Source of the DNA: Eledone cirrhosa
Lineage: Eukaryota
Direction of reading: 5' to 3'
Assembly: GCA_964016885.1 (NCBI GenBank)
Contig: OZ024743.1
Span: 147,560,001 to 147,624,000, forward strand
Length of the DNA stretch: 64,000 bases
In this document: in pieces, positions 13,499-28,732 of the stretch
Layout: every line of letters begins with the position of its first letter
Position numbering within the stretch: the first letter of the stretch is position 1
Position numbers and translations under genes: made by a program
The notes under the pieces: model-generated
Told to the model about the DNA's origin: nothing
The model's input: only the letters and a program-made list of their open reading frames with translations
Databases searched by the model: none

Positions 13499-13619
13499 AC
13501 ACACACATATATACACACACATATACACACACACATATATATATATATATATTTATATAAAGAGAGAGAGGGAGAGAGAGAGAGGGATAGTGAAATACAC
13601 ACACACATATATATATAAG

Positions 13620-13651
<32 letters not shown>

Positions 13652-13984
13652 CATGTATCTGTGTTTATGTTTGTTTTATGTGTGAGTGCATGCACATTCT
13701 TTTGTTTTAATCCCTCTTCAGACGTCTCAAACTTTACCATCTACAGATTCTTCTATCCATACATTCATACACAGATACATACATAAACACATTCATACAC
13801 AGATACATACATAAACACATACATACACAGATACATACACTCATACAAGAACGGTAGATCAATTGCTTTGAGGAAATATAACAACAAATTGAACCGACCT
13901 TTGTGTGGACTGATTCAATCTAATCCGATGAACTATAGTTTTGTTAATGTTCCAACATTTGAAGTTAATTCTTCTTCTCTGCAT

Positions 13985-14135
13985 TATCGTTACCATCATC
14001 ATCACCATCATCACTATCATCATTATCATCATCATTATCATGATCATCATCAGTATCATCATCATTATTATCATCATTACCTCCACCACTACTAGCATTG
14101 CCACCACCATCACCAATAGAATAACCACCACTACT
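13985..14135. repeat. Degenerate (CAT/CAC)n microsatellite
   Basis: Visible trinucleotide repeat. Confidence 0.9.
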
Positions 14136-14858
14136 TACAACAGCTACAACATCTAGAATAACAACGCAAATATTCAGTTGTTATTTTTTATTATTGCTGC
14201 GAAGTTTTTTTTTTTCTGTCAATAATGTGACTTTATTATCTGCAGTTGATGTTGCCTGATTATACTATTAGAAACGTTTACAAAGGCTAACATGAAAGAA
14301 ATTGCACGCCTTCTAAGAAACAAGCGAAAGAAATACAAACATACACATTATAAAAATATGTTTGTACGTGATGTATATATTTGTGTGTGGTTGTCTCTCT
14401 TTCTATCACTACATACGTACAACTATATAACAAGAAAATAAATTGTCTATAATAGCGTGTTCGCACATATATATATCATCGAACCACACGGTTGTAGCTA
14501 ACACTCATATTTGTATCTGTAACTATGTCTAAATATATACATATATGTCCCTATGAATTTATTCTATACTCCCTTACGGTTGAGTAAACCTTAGGCGGTA
14601 ACTAACTGCTTTTTCTAGCAATGAACCTACCTGTTATCCGGCCTACCCTTCACAACTCTTTCACTTTGACCGCTAGCCACGTGATGTTTTTCACCCCTTT
14701 TGAATTCGTTAATGGCGGCGATCACTTTAGAAACGTTGGTCCTAACTGAGGGAGTCTCTTGAAAAGCTCGGAGATTCATGAACAATACTATGATTAATCA
14801 TATCCACAAAGTACGAGCGAAACTATCGATAGTCGGGACTAGAAGAATTTTGGTAAAG

Positions 14859-15125
14859 TTTATCTATACATTTTCTTCAAACTTACATTTTAGATTTAAC
14901 TCCGTTTAATTGATTATTTGTCCAGTTAATTTCTACGGACTAAGAGGAAGGACTAGGTAAATTTTATCTGACTGTTCTTCACAGAGGAAAGCCTGTGACC
15001 TTTATCTGTTATTTCTTCAACGTTACATTTTAAACTTAAATCCGTTTAAATGATTATTTGTCTAGTTGATTTCTACGGACAATGGAGGAAAAGAATTGGA
15101 ATGATTTTGTCTGACTGTTCTTCAA
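14859..15125. repeat. ~142-bp diverged tandem duplication
   Basis: TTTATCT...TTCTTCAA...TCCGTTTAA.TGATTATTTGTC...TTCTACGGAC...CTGACTGTTCTTCA occurs twice (14859, 15001). Confidence 0.8.
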
Positions 15126-15130
15126 ACTTA

Positions 15131-15239
<109 letters not shown>

Positions 15240-15618
15240 ATGTGTGTGTGTGCGTGTGTGTCTGTCGTGTCTGTGTTTACGAGTGTGTGTGTGTGTTTGT
15301 GTTTGCGAGTGTGTGTGTTTTAATGTGGGGAAAACTTCCAGTTAAATGCTTCAAGTAAAATATTTCTTGAGACCGAAAACATTGGACGGAATCCTTCCGG
15401 AATCGAACCATGTAACTCCCGTAAACCGGACCAACGTGTTTAACTATTAGCATGTTACAATAAATTGCATCTGGCTGTGTCTTGCCATATCTAAGTGTCA
15501 TTCTAGAAGTGTAAACAACATTTTAAAATATGTAAGTATGCATGTATGTATATCGAATGTTTTTGCAGTCATTTTCTGCGTTTAGGATTCTCATAGCGCT
15601 TCGATAATTTAAAAAATG

Positions 15619-15719
<101 letters not shown>

Positions 15720-15782
15720 ACACACAAACACAAACACACACACTCATACATATATATACATATATATATATATATGCATGCA

Positions 15783-15816
<34 letters not shown>

Positions 15817-18800
15817 CATATATGTGTCTGCGTGTGTGTATGTCTGTATGCTTGCATACTAGTTTTTCTGTTTGGCAATTCATCAAATAATCTAGACATT
15901 CTTAATTAAGTATTATATAACTGACGATTACTTTGTTATCTTGCTTTGCTGGTCTCGAGTTTCCCCGTGGGATTCGAGGAAGGCTGAAAGAGCGAACTCC
16001 AGCTATTCTTCCGATCAAAACGTTTATTTTCTGCCTACGCAGAATATTTTGAAAATACTATGAACCTTGACAAGTACATTGTGCTATATGCATAATGTTA
16101 CTAAGTAACATCTATCAGACTGTTGTCATCTCAACGTTTTTCTTTTTACAATTTAATTCTCTTACTTCAGATCATTCATTAGTCCAGTATAGCAAGTAAC
16201 GTATGAGAACATGTTTCCTGTTAAATCCCCTACCATCTCTTAGGAAATGGGGAGGACTCCGTCTCTTTAATGCCAATGATCATCTTTACTTTTTCGCCTG
16301 ATTTGTTGCCAATAGCAATCATATTCCTTTCAAATTACACTCATCCATATTAAATATATAAAGGATACATAAAATAATTTAATTCTATAAGACCCTAAAC
16401 AAATGGATAGACAATGAAATATCTACGCCCATGGCTTATTGAAGTGCACCATTATTCGAAAGAAAAACAATTGCATAATGGAACTGCCGATAAATAAAAA
16501 AAACGTGAGAGAAATGGTGGGCTGGCTGGATAAAAAAAATCAGGGATGAATACCAATAGAATAAAATCCTGTGGCGAGAACAGCACACGAACAGTTTATA
16601 TACATTTACTGAAGTAATCCCTGCGGATGAGAAAGATGAGAGAGTGAAATTTTGACTTTTGTTTCAATATGATCAGGGGCGCATTCTTGAGGTCGTTTTT
16701 GTGTCAGAACACAATGTGATCGTGTTTGCCGGCTGTCCAGATACGACATATATGGTGTTTTTAGTAAGTGAGTTGGTAGGGTACTCTTGTGTATTTACAA
16801 AATGCTTAAACTGTTTGAAGATATTGTATTGCGTTTGGGCCTTTGTGGCAAATAAAGGAAATAATAATTATTATTTTTATTTCTCCTAGCTACAGATATC
16901 CGATAAACCGTAGCAACATTTTCATCGAATCGATAGACAGCCAGCATCATTTTAAGTAAAATATATTATCTCCTATTTTTGTATAAATAGGAGTGTGTTG
17001 TTTCCTAATTTACAATAGTAAAGTGTGATTTGAGGGGCAATTTAGAGGTTATTTCTAGCAGGTTGTGTAAAAGTTCCGAGTCCTTCGGGTGTTATCACGA
17101 AACAAACTATTTATATCCAGTTCATCCCTCATCAAAAAACCTATCTGCTGTGTCCATCTTTTTTATATACAAGGATTAATATTCTCTATAACCATCTTTA
17201 TTTTAGATAGTGGATGCGGTTAGAAGGAAATTTGACTGCTATTTTTACCATGTCATGCAACAATGTTTAGGATTTTTATTGAGAATCAAGACTAATAGAC
17301 ATGCATCTGTGATACCATTTAAAAAGGAGAACATTTTATTACACAGCTATGCAGTAGACAGGTCAAAAATCTGCTAGAAACTCATTCTTTCCCCTTCTCA
17401 AATTTTCTGTATCCTTTACCTTTCCTTCTATTTCACCTTCTCGCTTTCTCTCTCTCCCTCTCAATTCAACTTACTATTTCGTTAATTGAAGAAAGTTGTG
17501 GGAGTAAGAGACGATGGGAAATACGAGTTATTAAGGTGGTGAGTGGAATGTCTGGCGATATTTCGGTAACACATAAACATTCTTATATAAGCTTATTTGT
17601 ATTATTATCATTCTTATATAAGCTTATTTGTATTATTATCATCAAATTAAGATGAAAATGAATCTCTAAATTTTCAATCAAAACCTAATTGAAATAGCAC
17701 ATTTTATGTAATTAACATATTAAAACATATATAGATCACATCCCTAATACATACCCTATTTATTTACGAAAATTGATTTTGATTAATTTGATAAGTTACA
17801 CTTGCATAATATTTTAATTTAATCCATTTGACCTCAAGAAACCTTTCCTCATATATAATTATTGAATAGAGAAAGTTTTAAAAAATCAACACGAATTCAT
17901 ACATATATCGTATTGTATACAAAAATGGAAGACGAAAAAGGATTATTTACAATAAAACAAGCAATTTTAATGAAATGAAAAGAAAGGTTATTAAATAACT
18001 TTAAGCAGTTATATTCAGATAACTGAATTTGGTTAGGAAGGAAAGCATGCGACAGGAAGTTTGAAGAATAACTATGGAAGAATTGACACTGTTTTGGATT
18101 TGTTTTGAAGAATGTTTAATAAGATTATTGAAAATATAAGCAGCCGAATGTAACACATCAAACTTCATTGTCATAGCATTCTGTTTGAATATAATATCTC
18201 TGAAATGTTTGTTAATTTAATCTGTAGATTCATTCTCTTTGAGGTGGTAATGAAATCTAGGAATATATTTTAGTGATATTGTCTCATTCATCTCATGTAG
18301 CTCTAATCCATATAATCTAAGGATAACATTTCGGAATTGCTTAAGGTCTTCTTGTAGTCTTTTAAATAAATGATACGTGCTATATAGCATTTGCTAGAAG
18401 TCTCATCGAATACAAGTTAATACGAATTCTATTAAACTCTCTCACCGCTAGTCTTTGCATTTTTGGTGTAATAGTATTGAATTGCTTTTCTATTATATTG
18501 TTGTTGTTGTTGTTTAGCCCCCGAGCAACTGATTGATGACAGTTTATATCTATTTCTAGTCGCCATCTTCTTCCCATTACCGTAAGACAATAGAATGGAA
18601 ATGCTGCTGTCTTCACATCGTCGATTACTCTAACAACAAACACAAGTGTCTGGTCATAGTTATATTCTCCCGCAAACATCTGCCTTTTCAGAATATAATT
18701 ATTAAACAAGGTTGTAATAGTATTTCTGGTGTAGATAATTACAAGCTTTCTGACTAAACAACGCCTGGACCGAGAATAAGAAAATAATTTTGGTTCAAAC

Positions 18801-19156
18801 GAAAATGCAGTGTTCAGGCATGACTGTGCAGTTACGACGTTCATTCGGTATGAGACCGTATGTTGCCATGTTTATGGATTGACCAAACTTTTATAATTGA
18901 AATTTACTGTCGGGAAAGTGTAGGGAAGACAATCGAAGACTTCATTAATATTCTTAGATTTAATTGATCATCATTCTTTTCTTTAACATTTGCAAATGTG
19001 TACATTAACAGAAAACATTCTATTGTATGTATTTGGGATAGGTCTTCGGACTGAGGATGATTTTCGCAAGGGTTAAAGAATTTCAAATTTCTCCTTAAGC
19101 TAACTCATTAAAATTAAAATTTTCAGTAGCTCTAAGTTGAGATTTTATAGATTTTC

Positions 19157-19345
19157 TGCGGATTGGCAGTATCGGTAGAGGGTCGGACGCCATGCTGTGC
19201 AGCATAGAGTTACGGCCCTTTATGATCTGAGTTCAAATCCCGCCGAGGTTAACTTTGCCTTTCATCCTTACGGGGTCGATAGAATAAAGTACCAGTAATA
19301 CACTGGGATAATTGCTGGCCTTGTTCTAAAAGTAGAAACAATTAT
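19157..19345 (+). mobile_element. tRNA-derived SINE
   Basis: A-box TGGCAGTATCGG, B-box GAGTTCAAATCC, family core and 3' end. Confidence 0.9.
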
Positions 19346-22138
19346 TTATAAATATATCATATTGTAGTATAAAGACGTATTTGTCCTTATTTTAAATCAT
19401 ACTCAAGCTTACATTATTATCATGTTCGGTACATCGAGCTACACCCATAATATTCGACAACATAATATACTGTTCTATGGATCATTGGAATCGTTCATTA
19501 ATATGGTCTCCTGAACACGGCTTCTTCCGTGTGTGAACGACAAGTGTAAAAAACCTGTTGCTCTATGCCAAGGAAATGCAGCAGTGAAAGCACAAGTTTA
19601 AACGTGATTCATGAGTGTCTGTTGGATCTATCTTGTAATATTAAACAGATATCAGTGGGGACTTGAGATAGATATTTGTAAATGAGATAATTAAACATAT
19701 AATGATATGTTCTTGTTATCGAGCCGAAAGCCAAATTTAACTGAACTAATAAACATAAGATTAAAGCGTGTAAGCTGTGCCTATGTCATTAATTTTCTCA
19801 TACATTGCGTTAATAATAATTCATTATACAATATGCCTCACCTTTTCAAGATAAAACAGTGAAATTGAGAGGGTATTCTCAGCCATTTCTAGCGGAAAAA
19901 ACTGTGTGCTTAAGGTTAAAAGATGATCATTTGGGGGAAATGGCCACCATAACAAAGATTGTTAGAAATCATTAAACGACTATGGATATCTAATCTTACT
20001 TGGGACTTAAGCTAGGTAAAACAAAGTGCCATTAGTTCGTAATGATATGTATTTATTGGAAAAACACTCTCCATTTTCTCTCTCTCTCATCTTTCTCTCT
20101 CATCTCTCTCTCACACAGACATGAGTTAGGAAAAGCATATTAGTAAATACTGGATGTCACAGATACCATAACTCAGCACCAAGCGATAGTAAATATGTTG
20201 CAATATAGTATAGATATAAATAGTAATTTGTAATGATGATCTGCGTCGTGTGCGTGCATAACTTGTCTGTCATGGAGATACAAATATAATGATCAGTTCG
20301 TCAATTGAATTTCCATATGATAAAGAAAAGAGTTTTTCCAACTGCTGTATTATGACTTAGTATAAAATATACTCTTTTAGTATAATAGTTTAAATGATGT
20401 CAATTGTGATATTACGGTGATAATGGTGGTAGTGGTGAGAAGGATGAAGCTGCAGCTGATGATGATGTTGATGATAAATTTTGAGGATTATGTTGGCGAT
20501 GTTGATGCTGATCTAAAAATGACTGGTTGTATATCTAGTCATGATAGCTGAAGAATATCTCGAGGACTGCATGTGTCAATTAATAAAAAAAAATACTCTG
20601 CTTTTAACATAACTACATGTTTAATTCTTCTGGTTAGAAGACATGGCACTGGAACCTTAACAATTAAATATTTTTGATTTAAGTATCCTAATAACAATCA
20701 AGCTTATCAGACACCAATACCATTCTGCTGAAATCGTATGGAAAACAAATCTTTTACATTTTTGATCCAATTATACAATATTAATGAAACTTTCGATGAA
20801 ATATTAATAACATCAACGTCCTTTATCCAAAGAATTTCATGGTTTCACAATAAGTAATGTGAGTTATAATTTTTTCATATATTTTCTATCATATTCCATC
20901 TATTAATATATAAATTGAAGAGGAACCAAAACAAAACCTAAACAAAACAAAGAAAAAATAATAGAAACCAAATTTATTTTCAGTACAATGAAATGACACT
21001 AATAAAACTCTATATCGTCATTCATTGTGTTCTAGCTATCTAAGATCACATATTGTATCATTAACATTTATTATTTACATTAATTTATCTTCCTTCATTT
21101 GATTCTAGCGTAGCCCTTGCAATCCATATAATACGTATTTTTGTTTAACGTTGTTGTTGTTTTTGCTGCTATTATTATTTGTTGTCAATGAGAATGTTCT
21201 TGGAATTCTTTGGAGTATTTCTGTTGCCTATTTTTCAGGTTTTACTATTTCTTTTTTATTTAATATTGGCAATAATTAGTTTTATGCTTGCATTTAATAA
21301 CTTTGTATATACTATATTTATTTAAGCAGTTCTTTACCTTCATTCTTATTGTCTCTCAATCACCCTTCCCTTCTACATCTACTCTTTGTATTTCGTTTTC
21401 TCTCTCTTTCATATGAAGCTATGATAAAAGTAAAGTTGTGTACGATAAAATTAATAGTAATGAATCATTGTGCCTAATATGTCTAATATATCACCTTATG
21501 TAATTACCTGTTATAAACAATGTGTTTTGATAATACTGCTTATTGAAACATGTCACATTTGCTTTTATTTATTTTCATATATTAAACATATTACAATCTC
21601 ATTTTCAAATGGAATTTTCCCTAGAAAACACTTTGCCCAACCCCATCGTCCTTAGAACTATCTAGAATGTTGAACCATTATATTATTTAAGATTTTGCAC
21701 CAATCGTTTTCATTTAGAATTATAATTTAATCATTAACTCTGCTTACCTCCCCCAACATAACATTTTAGAGATGTTATAGCTTGTCTTCTTCTTTGCAGC
21801 AAGTTATGGAATATTTCAGAAATACATCTAGTAGGAACAGAAAACAGTTTTTTATCTTCAGTTTTTTACAATACCCGTCTTCAAATTCAAACTATATGTT
21901 CATTGAGACATGTTATAACATTTTGATATTGACGTGAGAATGGAAAATGATATAATTGCCCCTTTATCTAAAAAGAAACCCCAACAAATTAGATTCTATC
22001 AAATTTATTCCGACCACCCTGTATATTATGTGCGAAAATATAATGGGATGGTAATAATTGGAATGGATTGCAACATAGGTAAGTCTGCATGACAAAGACT
22101 GATCTGAGAGTAATCGACTGCAATAATATCATCGGGAG

Positions 22139-22424
22139 CGGCAGGCGGCTAGGCTTCAATTAGCATTGGTGTTCCAACATAGCGTTATACACATGTATGT
22201 ACGTGTTGTATATCGAATAATATACGCGATGTTTATGAAAAATATTTGAATGCTATTGGCTATGAATTTTTAAGGTTCTGACCAACGTCACCCATCCAGC
22301 GAAAAGCTTTAAAATCTTTTTCATAACCAACTCGTATATTATTCAGTATATAACACGTACATACATGTGCATAACGCTATTTTGGAGCATCAATACTAAT
22401 ATTTTAAACCCGACTACCTCGCCG
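22139..22424. mobile_element. Old inverted-repeat (MITE-like) element
   Basis: ~125-bp imperfect arms (ATAGCGTTATACACATGTATGTACGTGTT / AACACGTACATACATGTGCATAACGCTAT) around a ~35-bp spacer. Confidence 0.65.
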
Positions 22425-24639
22425 TATGTAAATGAACTTCATCAGCTCATATACATGAATAAAAAATCTATAAGATTCTAGCTTATTTTAATCTCAGCAG
22501 AAGCAGGGTGATATGTAGACTTGATAACCATGGTTGATGTTAGGGGTGATTATGAATGTTTATGAGATTGGTGTATGTATGATAAACATACAAGTGTCTC
22601 ACTATGGATGTCGTAAATCCAGAATATTTCGCACCTATGTCAGTAGCCATGTGAGAATGCCAGATATGTAATTCTGGATTTTTAGCCGTCATCGATATCG
22701 TTTACTCATATAAACAGGCATCCTCTAATCATGTTAAATATATTTCATATACTGGTGAAGTATATTTCAGTAAAAGAGCTTCAAGAACAAAATACAACAA
22801 TCGAATGAAGAGCGACGAAGAGTACAAAATACATAGTTATTAGATTTTGAGTGTAAGGAAGAAAAAAGAGATTGTTTCACGTTTCGGACAGCAGTTTCTC
22901 GAGGAAAGTGGAAACGATGAAACATATTTCTAAGGATAAAAGAAAAATACATCCTTTGAAGCGTGTCTCGCGTGGTGCAAAATAGAAGTAGTAGCTTCCT
23001 CATTTAGTCTAATGGTTATAAACTGGAATGTAGCCATCAACAGTTCAATGTCCACTCTCACAAACACTACGTGAAGCTCTTTTATCTTAAGCAGTTGCAT
23101 TACATTTGAAGGCAAAATATCCTGAAATTATCGTATTGAATCATTACATCTTAAATCATGAACTTAAATTCACTGCATGCATTTGCGTATTCCTATTTGC
23201 AAAATACTTTGTACGTTGTTTCTTTAGACAGACTACTGCCTCAACTCACTTATCCCTTGAGATATATTTCTGCGAGAATTACTTGATATAGGGATATGTC
23301 ATCCACGATTACATTTGAACTTCACCCACTTAACTAAGCGCTTAGGACTTTTGAAGTCTGTAAAAGGATTAAACATTTATATTGTATCTGTAACCCTCCA
23401 AATGGGAACATTCTGGAAAGAATATTAAGAAATATTTCAATCGGAAGAAACCTTGAAACCAATTATGCTTTCAGAATAAAATTATATAATTAACGGAATA
23501 AATAATTAAATAAGATTATTTACAATTTTATACACGTGAATTATTAGATATACAGCTTACCACCCCATACTGCCATTAGTTTAAGCGTTGGAGATTACAA
23601 ATTAGCCAATTCAACACATAAGAAATACATTTTTTTAGCACATTAGATGAGCATTCTACAATTTCTTCTAATAGTTATCACTTCAATTCGTGAACGGACT
23701 CAATATTTTCAAACCAACAATGTTCTGTAGTAAGAGTTTTCATGTGTAGTTGTGGTTTGTCTCCATACCAGCCGTGATTGAGAAGGCCTGTTTTCAAATC
23801 AAGACTTTACAGTTTCCTGATTTTTATCTCCTAGCTTTTATTGTCCAATATGTACTTCCTGGCTGATCAAGTGACTATGGATAGATTTCTTCATTGGCTC
23901 ACAAATTCTTACCTCAGGGTTTATAGATTTGTACTGAAGGTAACTTGAAACAAATGAAACTTATTTTCAACAAATTCAAATTTCAGTTCAAATTAAACGT
24001 TTAAAATATTTTAAACATTTGCTTCATCTTTTTTCATTTTGCTTTTTCTTTGATACTTGTTTATGAAAATATCGTAAATTTATCAATTTTATATTTCGAA
24101 GCCTCCCGCCATAGGAACGAAAAACGAAAAGAAAAAACAAAAAACAGAAACAAAACAAGAAAAGAAACAAAGAAACAAACAGAGAAACAAACAAAACATA
24201 CAAAGTATGCTATTAAAGTAAAGCGAAATTTCAATTTATATTCATACACCTGAAACGACGAACGAAATAGATTTAAGAAAGTGCGCAGTGTTTGTTTGTT
24301 TTATGAAGCAGATTCAAACAACTCGTATGTTTAATAGGTGAATTCGAGTGAAAAGTGCCTACTCTCAGCTGCCAAATATGCCTGAAGCTATATTGAAGCA
24401 TCGAATACATTAAAACTGCCATTCTGAGGTTTGTGACAAGACCATGCACTGATCACTAAAACTTGGTGGATATGCATAAATATGCATTTAATCATCTATG
24501 AACAAGCATATAATCACAAATACTCTCACAGACACACACGTGAACACACTGAATTATATGTATATATGAACATGCTTATATATGAACAAAATTACACCCA
24601 TACACACACACATGCATATATACATATACATATATATAT

Positions 24640-24691
24640 TTATTAAAATAACAGATTAAAGTTTAAGCAAAGAATCGCTGCTTTCACCGTT
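24640..24691 (-). mobile_element. 3'-end fragment of the CAGAAGA-hammerhead PLE family
   Basis: Reverse complement of 30991-31050; flanked by (TA)n and (TC)n. Confidence 0.8.
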
Positions 24692-24716
24692 AACGGGATC
24701 TCTCTCTCTCTCTCTT

Positions 24717-24750
<34 letters not shown>

Positions 24751-24794
24751 TGCGTAAACACATACCTATCTGTAAATATGTTTACACATAAATG

Positions 24795-24850
<56 letters not shown>

Positions 24851-25429
24851 CACCCACGCGTGTGTGTGTGTGTTTTAAATAAAAGCATATTTTGTATATT
24901 ATGAGAGATGTATTAAAATTACAGGAAAGGAATAAAGTGGATGTAAGCATAATGGTAAATAATATATTAATTATTCATTAAGCCCATTCAGCCAATAAAA
25001 TAATGGTATAAGTTATATGCTTCGAGGAAATAGAATAGAAATGTCTTTAACATTCAGATAATCGCCATCCATCGGAAAGAGGTATAATGGAATTCTAAAA
25101 AAAAAAGAATGAAAGAAAAACGTGCAGAACAAAAAAGAAGGCTGAACGACCGGGAGTTGTTAACGCCAACGCCATTTTTAATAAGGTCCTTTCCTTGTTC
25201 AGAATTGTAAGAGGTTGTATGTGATAAAACCTCTAATCAATATGACCCATTGTACACAGCGTTTTGTGCTAAAATGTATGTAGTTCTTTCTATCTCGTTA
25301 TAAACATACCTAGTCCTCTACACCTTTCGTTATGTATCGGACTCTCTTTCTGTATATATATGGTAAAGCACGAGTCCTGGTGTTTCACCAGTGAAAGGCG
25401 CATACAATAGTCCACTGCGATGAATAGTC

Positions 25430-25862
25430 CACAAAGAACTCTGACATCCCATCAGGTGTAATGACTCTGGGCTTTGGTGTTGGTATAGAGCAGTGATATC
25501 AGGTCCAATATCTTCTTGGGGATTCCATACGCCTGTAAGATTTTCATCAGGTAGTGATGGACCACAGAATCAAAGGCCTCCCTGAAGTCAATGAAAATCA
25601 TGACAGCAGGAAAGCTCCTTCTAAAATTCTCCTCAGCATCAGGATGCGACTGGTGGTTGATCTTCCCTCTCTGAAGCCGTTCTGGTTGTCTCTGAGCTTC
25701 TTCTCCATCTCGGGCTGGATCCTGTTAGGAATCATCCTGTTGAGGGTCTTTGGTTCAAGCGACGTCAGTGAGATCCCTCTGTAGTTGTTGGTGTTAGAGA
25801 GATCTCCTTTCTTTGGCACTGGGACGATGTTACTGATCCTCCACTTATCCGGGGCAACTCGG
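25430..25862 (-). pseudogene. RTE-like LINE RT fragment, domains 0-3
   Basis: VPKKGDLSNTNNYRGISLTS..K...RI......RDNQNGFREGRST...LRRILE, then FIDFREAFDSV...LQAYGIP...LYTNT. Confidence 0.9.
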
Positions 25863-25869
25863 ACTTTAC

Positions 25870-26070
25870 TGTAGCACAGTTAAGGCTAAACAGATATCAG
25901 ATGCTGAATTTGCTAACGACATAGTTCTGGTGACAAACAGAGTGTATGAGGCAGAGGAGTTGATGCAGGCGGTGGAGACTGTTGATGAGAGTGGGGCTCA
26001 TAATGAATGAGAGTAAGATGAAGTATCTAGTAGACAATATTAAGAAGCCAGAGAAGATTATGAATGTAGC
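25870..26070 (+). pseudogene. RTE-like LINE RT fragment, domains 5-6, inverted relative to the previous piece
   Basis: DAEFANDIVLVT (decayed FADD motif) ... VGLIMNESKMKY. Confidence 0.75.
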
Positions 26071-26527
26071 AAGTACGAAAGAAGCAGTCATTTTTATTTT
26101 ACCACTGTATCACGTGTCAATGCCTTCTTCCGTCTCAGGAGATTTACTCCCTTGCTACGAAGGCGTCAAAGAAACAGTCCTTTTTTCAGAGGGGTCTCTT
26201 GATAAGCAGTATCAGCCTCACAGCACTCATGCATTTTTATAGTGGAGAAACGTTGCACACGGATCGGCACAGGCGAAACTGCTGTAAGGAATCTGGAAAA
26301 AAAAAAGATATATTTTTGTCGATTATTTCCTCATATTTTGAAATTGGTAAATAGCTCTGATTATTGAGTTATTTTAATTACTTTGATTATTTTAGCTCTC
26401 TTGGCTCTCGACCAAAACTTGTTAAGGCGGACACCAGACACACATATATACATATGAATATGTGTGTGTATTTTATTATCATATTGTATATATATATATA
26501 TATATGTATGTATATATATATATATAC

Positions 26528-26565
<38 letters not shown>

Positions 26566-26956
26566 CCGCGCACACGTATGTGTGTATGTATGTATGTGTG
26601 TGTATGTGTGTGTTTATGTAGAAGATTATATATATATATATGTGTTTGTGTGTGTGTAAGTGTGGGGCCTCTGCGTGTGTGAATGCATTTGCTTCGGAAT
26701 TTAAGAAATGAAAATTTTCAAAACCATATATATTATTAGACATCGTCTTTGAGGCAAGGCTTTTACATCATTTATTTTCACATATAAAACAGCAATGTGT
26801 CTGACTATACTTTTCATACATGTTTTTATTCCTATTGAAAATTAACAGAATATGACACAACGAAGTAGACTGCTATATGGTAGTTAGACCTGTTTCAGTT
26901 CGCAGCCAAATTTCCCTCAATCATACTCATTCTGTAGGTATGTATATATATATATT

Positions 26957-27124
26957 AGCTATCGCCGTATTTTGACTAAAGAAATTAAAGAAATTATTTA
27001 ACCTGATAGTAGGGTTAAGAAATGGAAAAAGATGAGTATTGACGTACATATATAGTCAAAATACGGCGATAGCTAACATTTCTAATAATTTCAAATCCAC
27101 TCGCTGTTTCGAAAATATTCTTAC
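26957..27124. mobile_element. Fold-back copy of the tRNA-like 267-bp family
   Basis: Left arm matches 10161-10263; right inverted arm ends ...GAAAATATTCTTAC like 10621; (TA)n on both sides. Confidence 0.8.
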
Positions 27125-27126
27125 AT

Positions 27127-27157
<31 letters not shown>

Positions 27158-27829
27158 ATATATATATATATAATAGTAATAAACGAAAGATATATATTTT
27201 ACATCATCTTTATTTTATTATATATATTTCGAAGATGTAAAGTTTTATATATAACATAAAGAAATACATGTCCACTTCAAACAAAATATCTGCCTCCTTT
27301 TTTATTGATTAATATATATATATATATATTAAAGCATATACGATGAGTTTACATATAATACACATGCATGTGTCACGATATAATTGTAGTTATTTGTGAT
27401 CATGTCGTAGATATATGAATAACCGGTGAGAATATCAAACAATTGTTTCTAGATATTTTTCAGATTTATTATTACATGCATTCACTCAGTACAGAGACAC
27501 GCGTTTATTTGCACATGGAATATCCACTATTTATGTTCAGTTGCATATAGCGAGGACTTGACAGGCTAGGATTAATTCAGGCTAGGAATGAATCACAGAC
27601 ATTTCAGTAACGGAGCTGCTTCAGGACAATTATTTATGATCGGTTACATTTACTGAAACTGTATTTAGAAAAGAAAAAAGCTGAACCTTCTATATGTTAT
27701 GCACACGAAACACAAATGAAGATGTTACATTGAAGGGCCACCAGTGGTCGCTTCACATCAAATCACACATTGTTTTTACTTATGTTTTTATTTGAAAATG
27801 AAGGAGAATTTTTCGTAGGGGATAGATGG

Positions 27830-27861
<32 letters not shown>

Positions 27862-27890
27862 CACACACATATATATATATATATATATAG

Positions 27891-28078
27891 TAATTGTTTC
27901 TACTTTTTGGCACAAGGCCAGCAATTACCCAGTATATTACTGGTACTTTATTTTATCGACCTCGTAAGGATGAAAGGCAAAGTTAACCTCGGCGGGATTT
28001 GAACTCAGATCGTAAAGGGACGTAACTATGCTAGAAAGCATGTCTGACCCTCTACCGATACTGCCAATTCACCGCCCT
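27891..28078 (-). mobile_element. tRNA-derived SINE
   Basis: Reverse complement of the SINE consensus. Confidence 0.9.
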
Positions 28079-28732
28079 CAGATAGATATAGTAATAATAA
28101 AAAAATTGAAGACTAAAATCCAAAGAGGGTTCGATAAGGATAAATATATATGAAATATATAAGAACCGTAGAGCAAATATTTATTAAAATAACAGATTAA
28201 AGTTTAAGCAAAGAATCGCTGCTTTCATATGTACGCAGACGTACGTCAACCATATGGTTATGCGTATACATGAGTTTTGCGTCTGTGTGAGTATGCGGGT
28301 TCGTACGTATGCAGGGTGTGTGTATATGTGTACTTTGTGTTTTGGTCGACGTTGTCTGCGTACATATGTGTATTTACAGGTGGTATGTGTATGAGCGCGT
28401 TTATACGTATTTATGTGTGTATATTTCTATACGTTTATATAATTATATGTATACACGCACACTCACACACACACATATATATATTTTTATATATATATTT
28501 TTATATGTATTTGGTGCGGGTACAGGCGTTGCGTGGGGGTATGTATGTGCGTGAGTGTATTTTTTTGTTTTTTTGTGTACGTGCTTGTATTGATTGGCAT
28601 ACCCATTGCGGGTGTTGTCGCGTATGCTTGTGTATGTACGTATATGGTTGCCTGCATGTATATATTTAATTTCAATTACCTCTGTATTTTATTTACTTGA
28701 TTCCTAACTCTGAAGCCGGGATCATTCGGTTT

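Noticed and set aside
18380-18844. 154-aa minus-strand ORF in non-repetitive sequence
   Set aside because: No recognisable motif or splice context; cannot be supported as a gene without a homology search.
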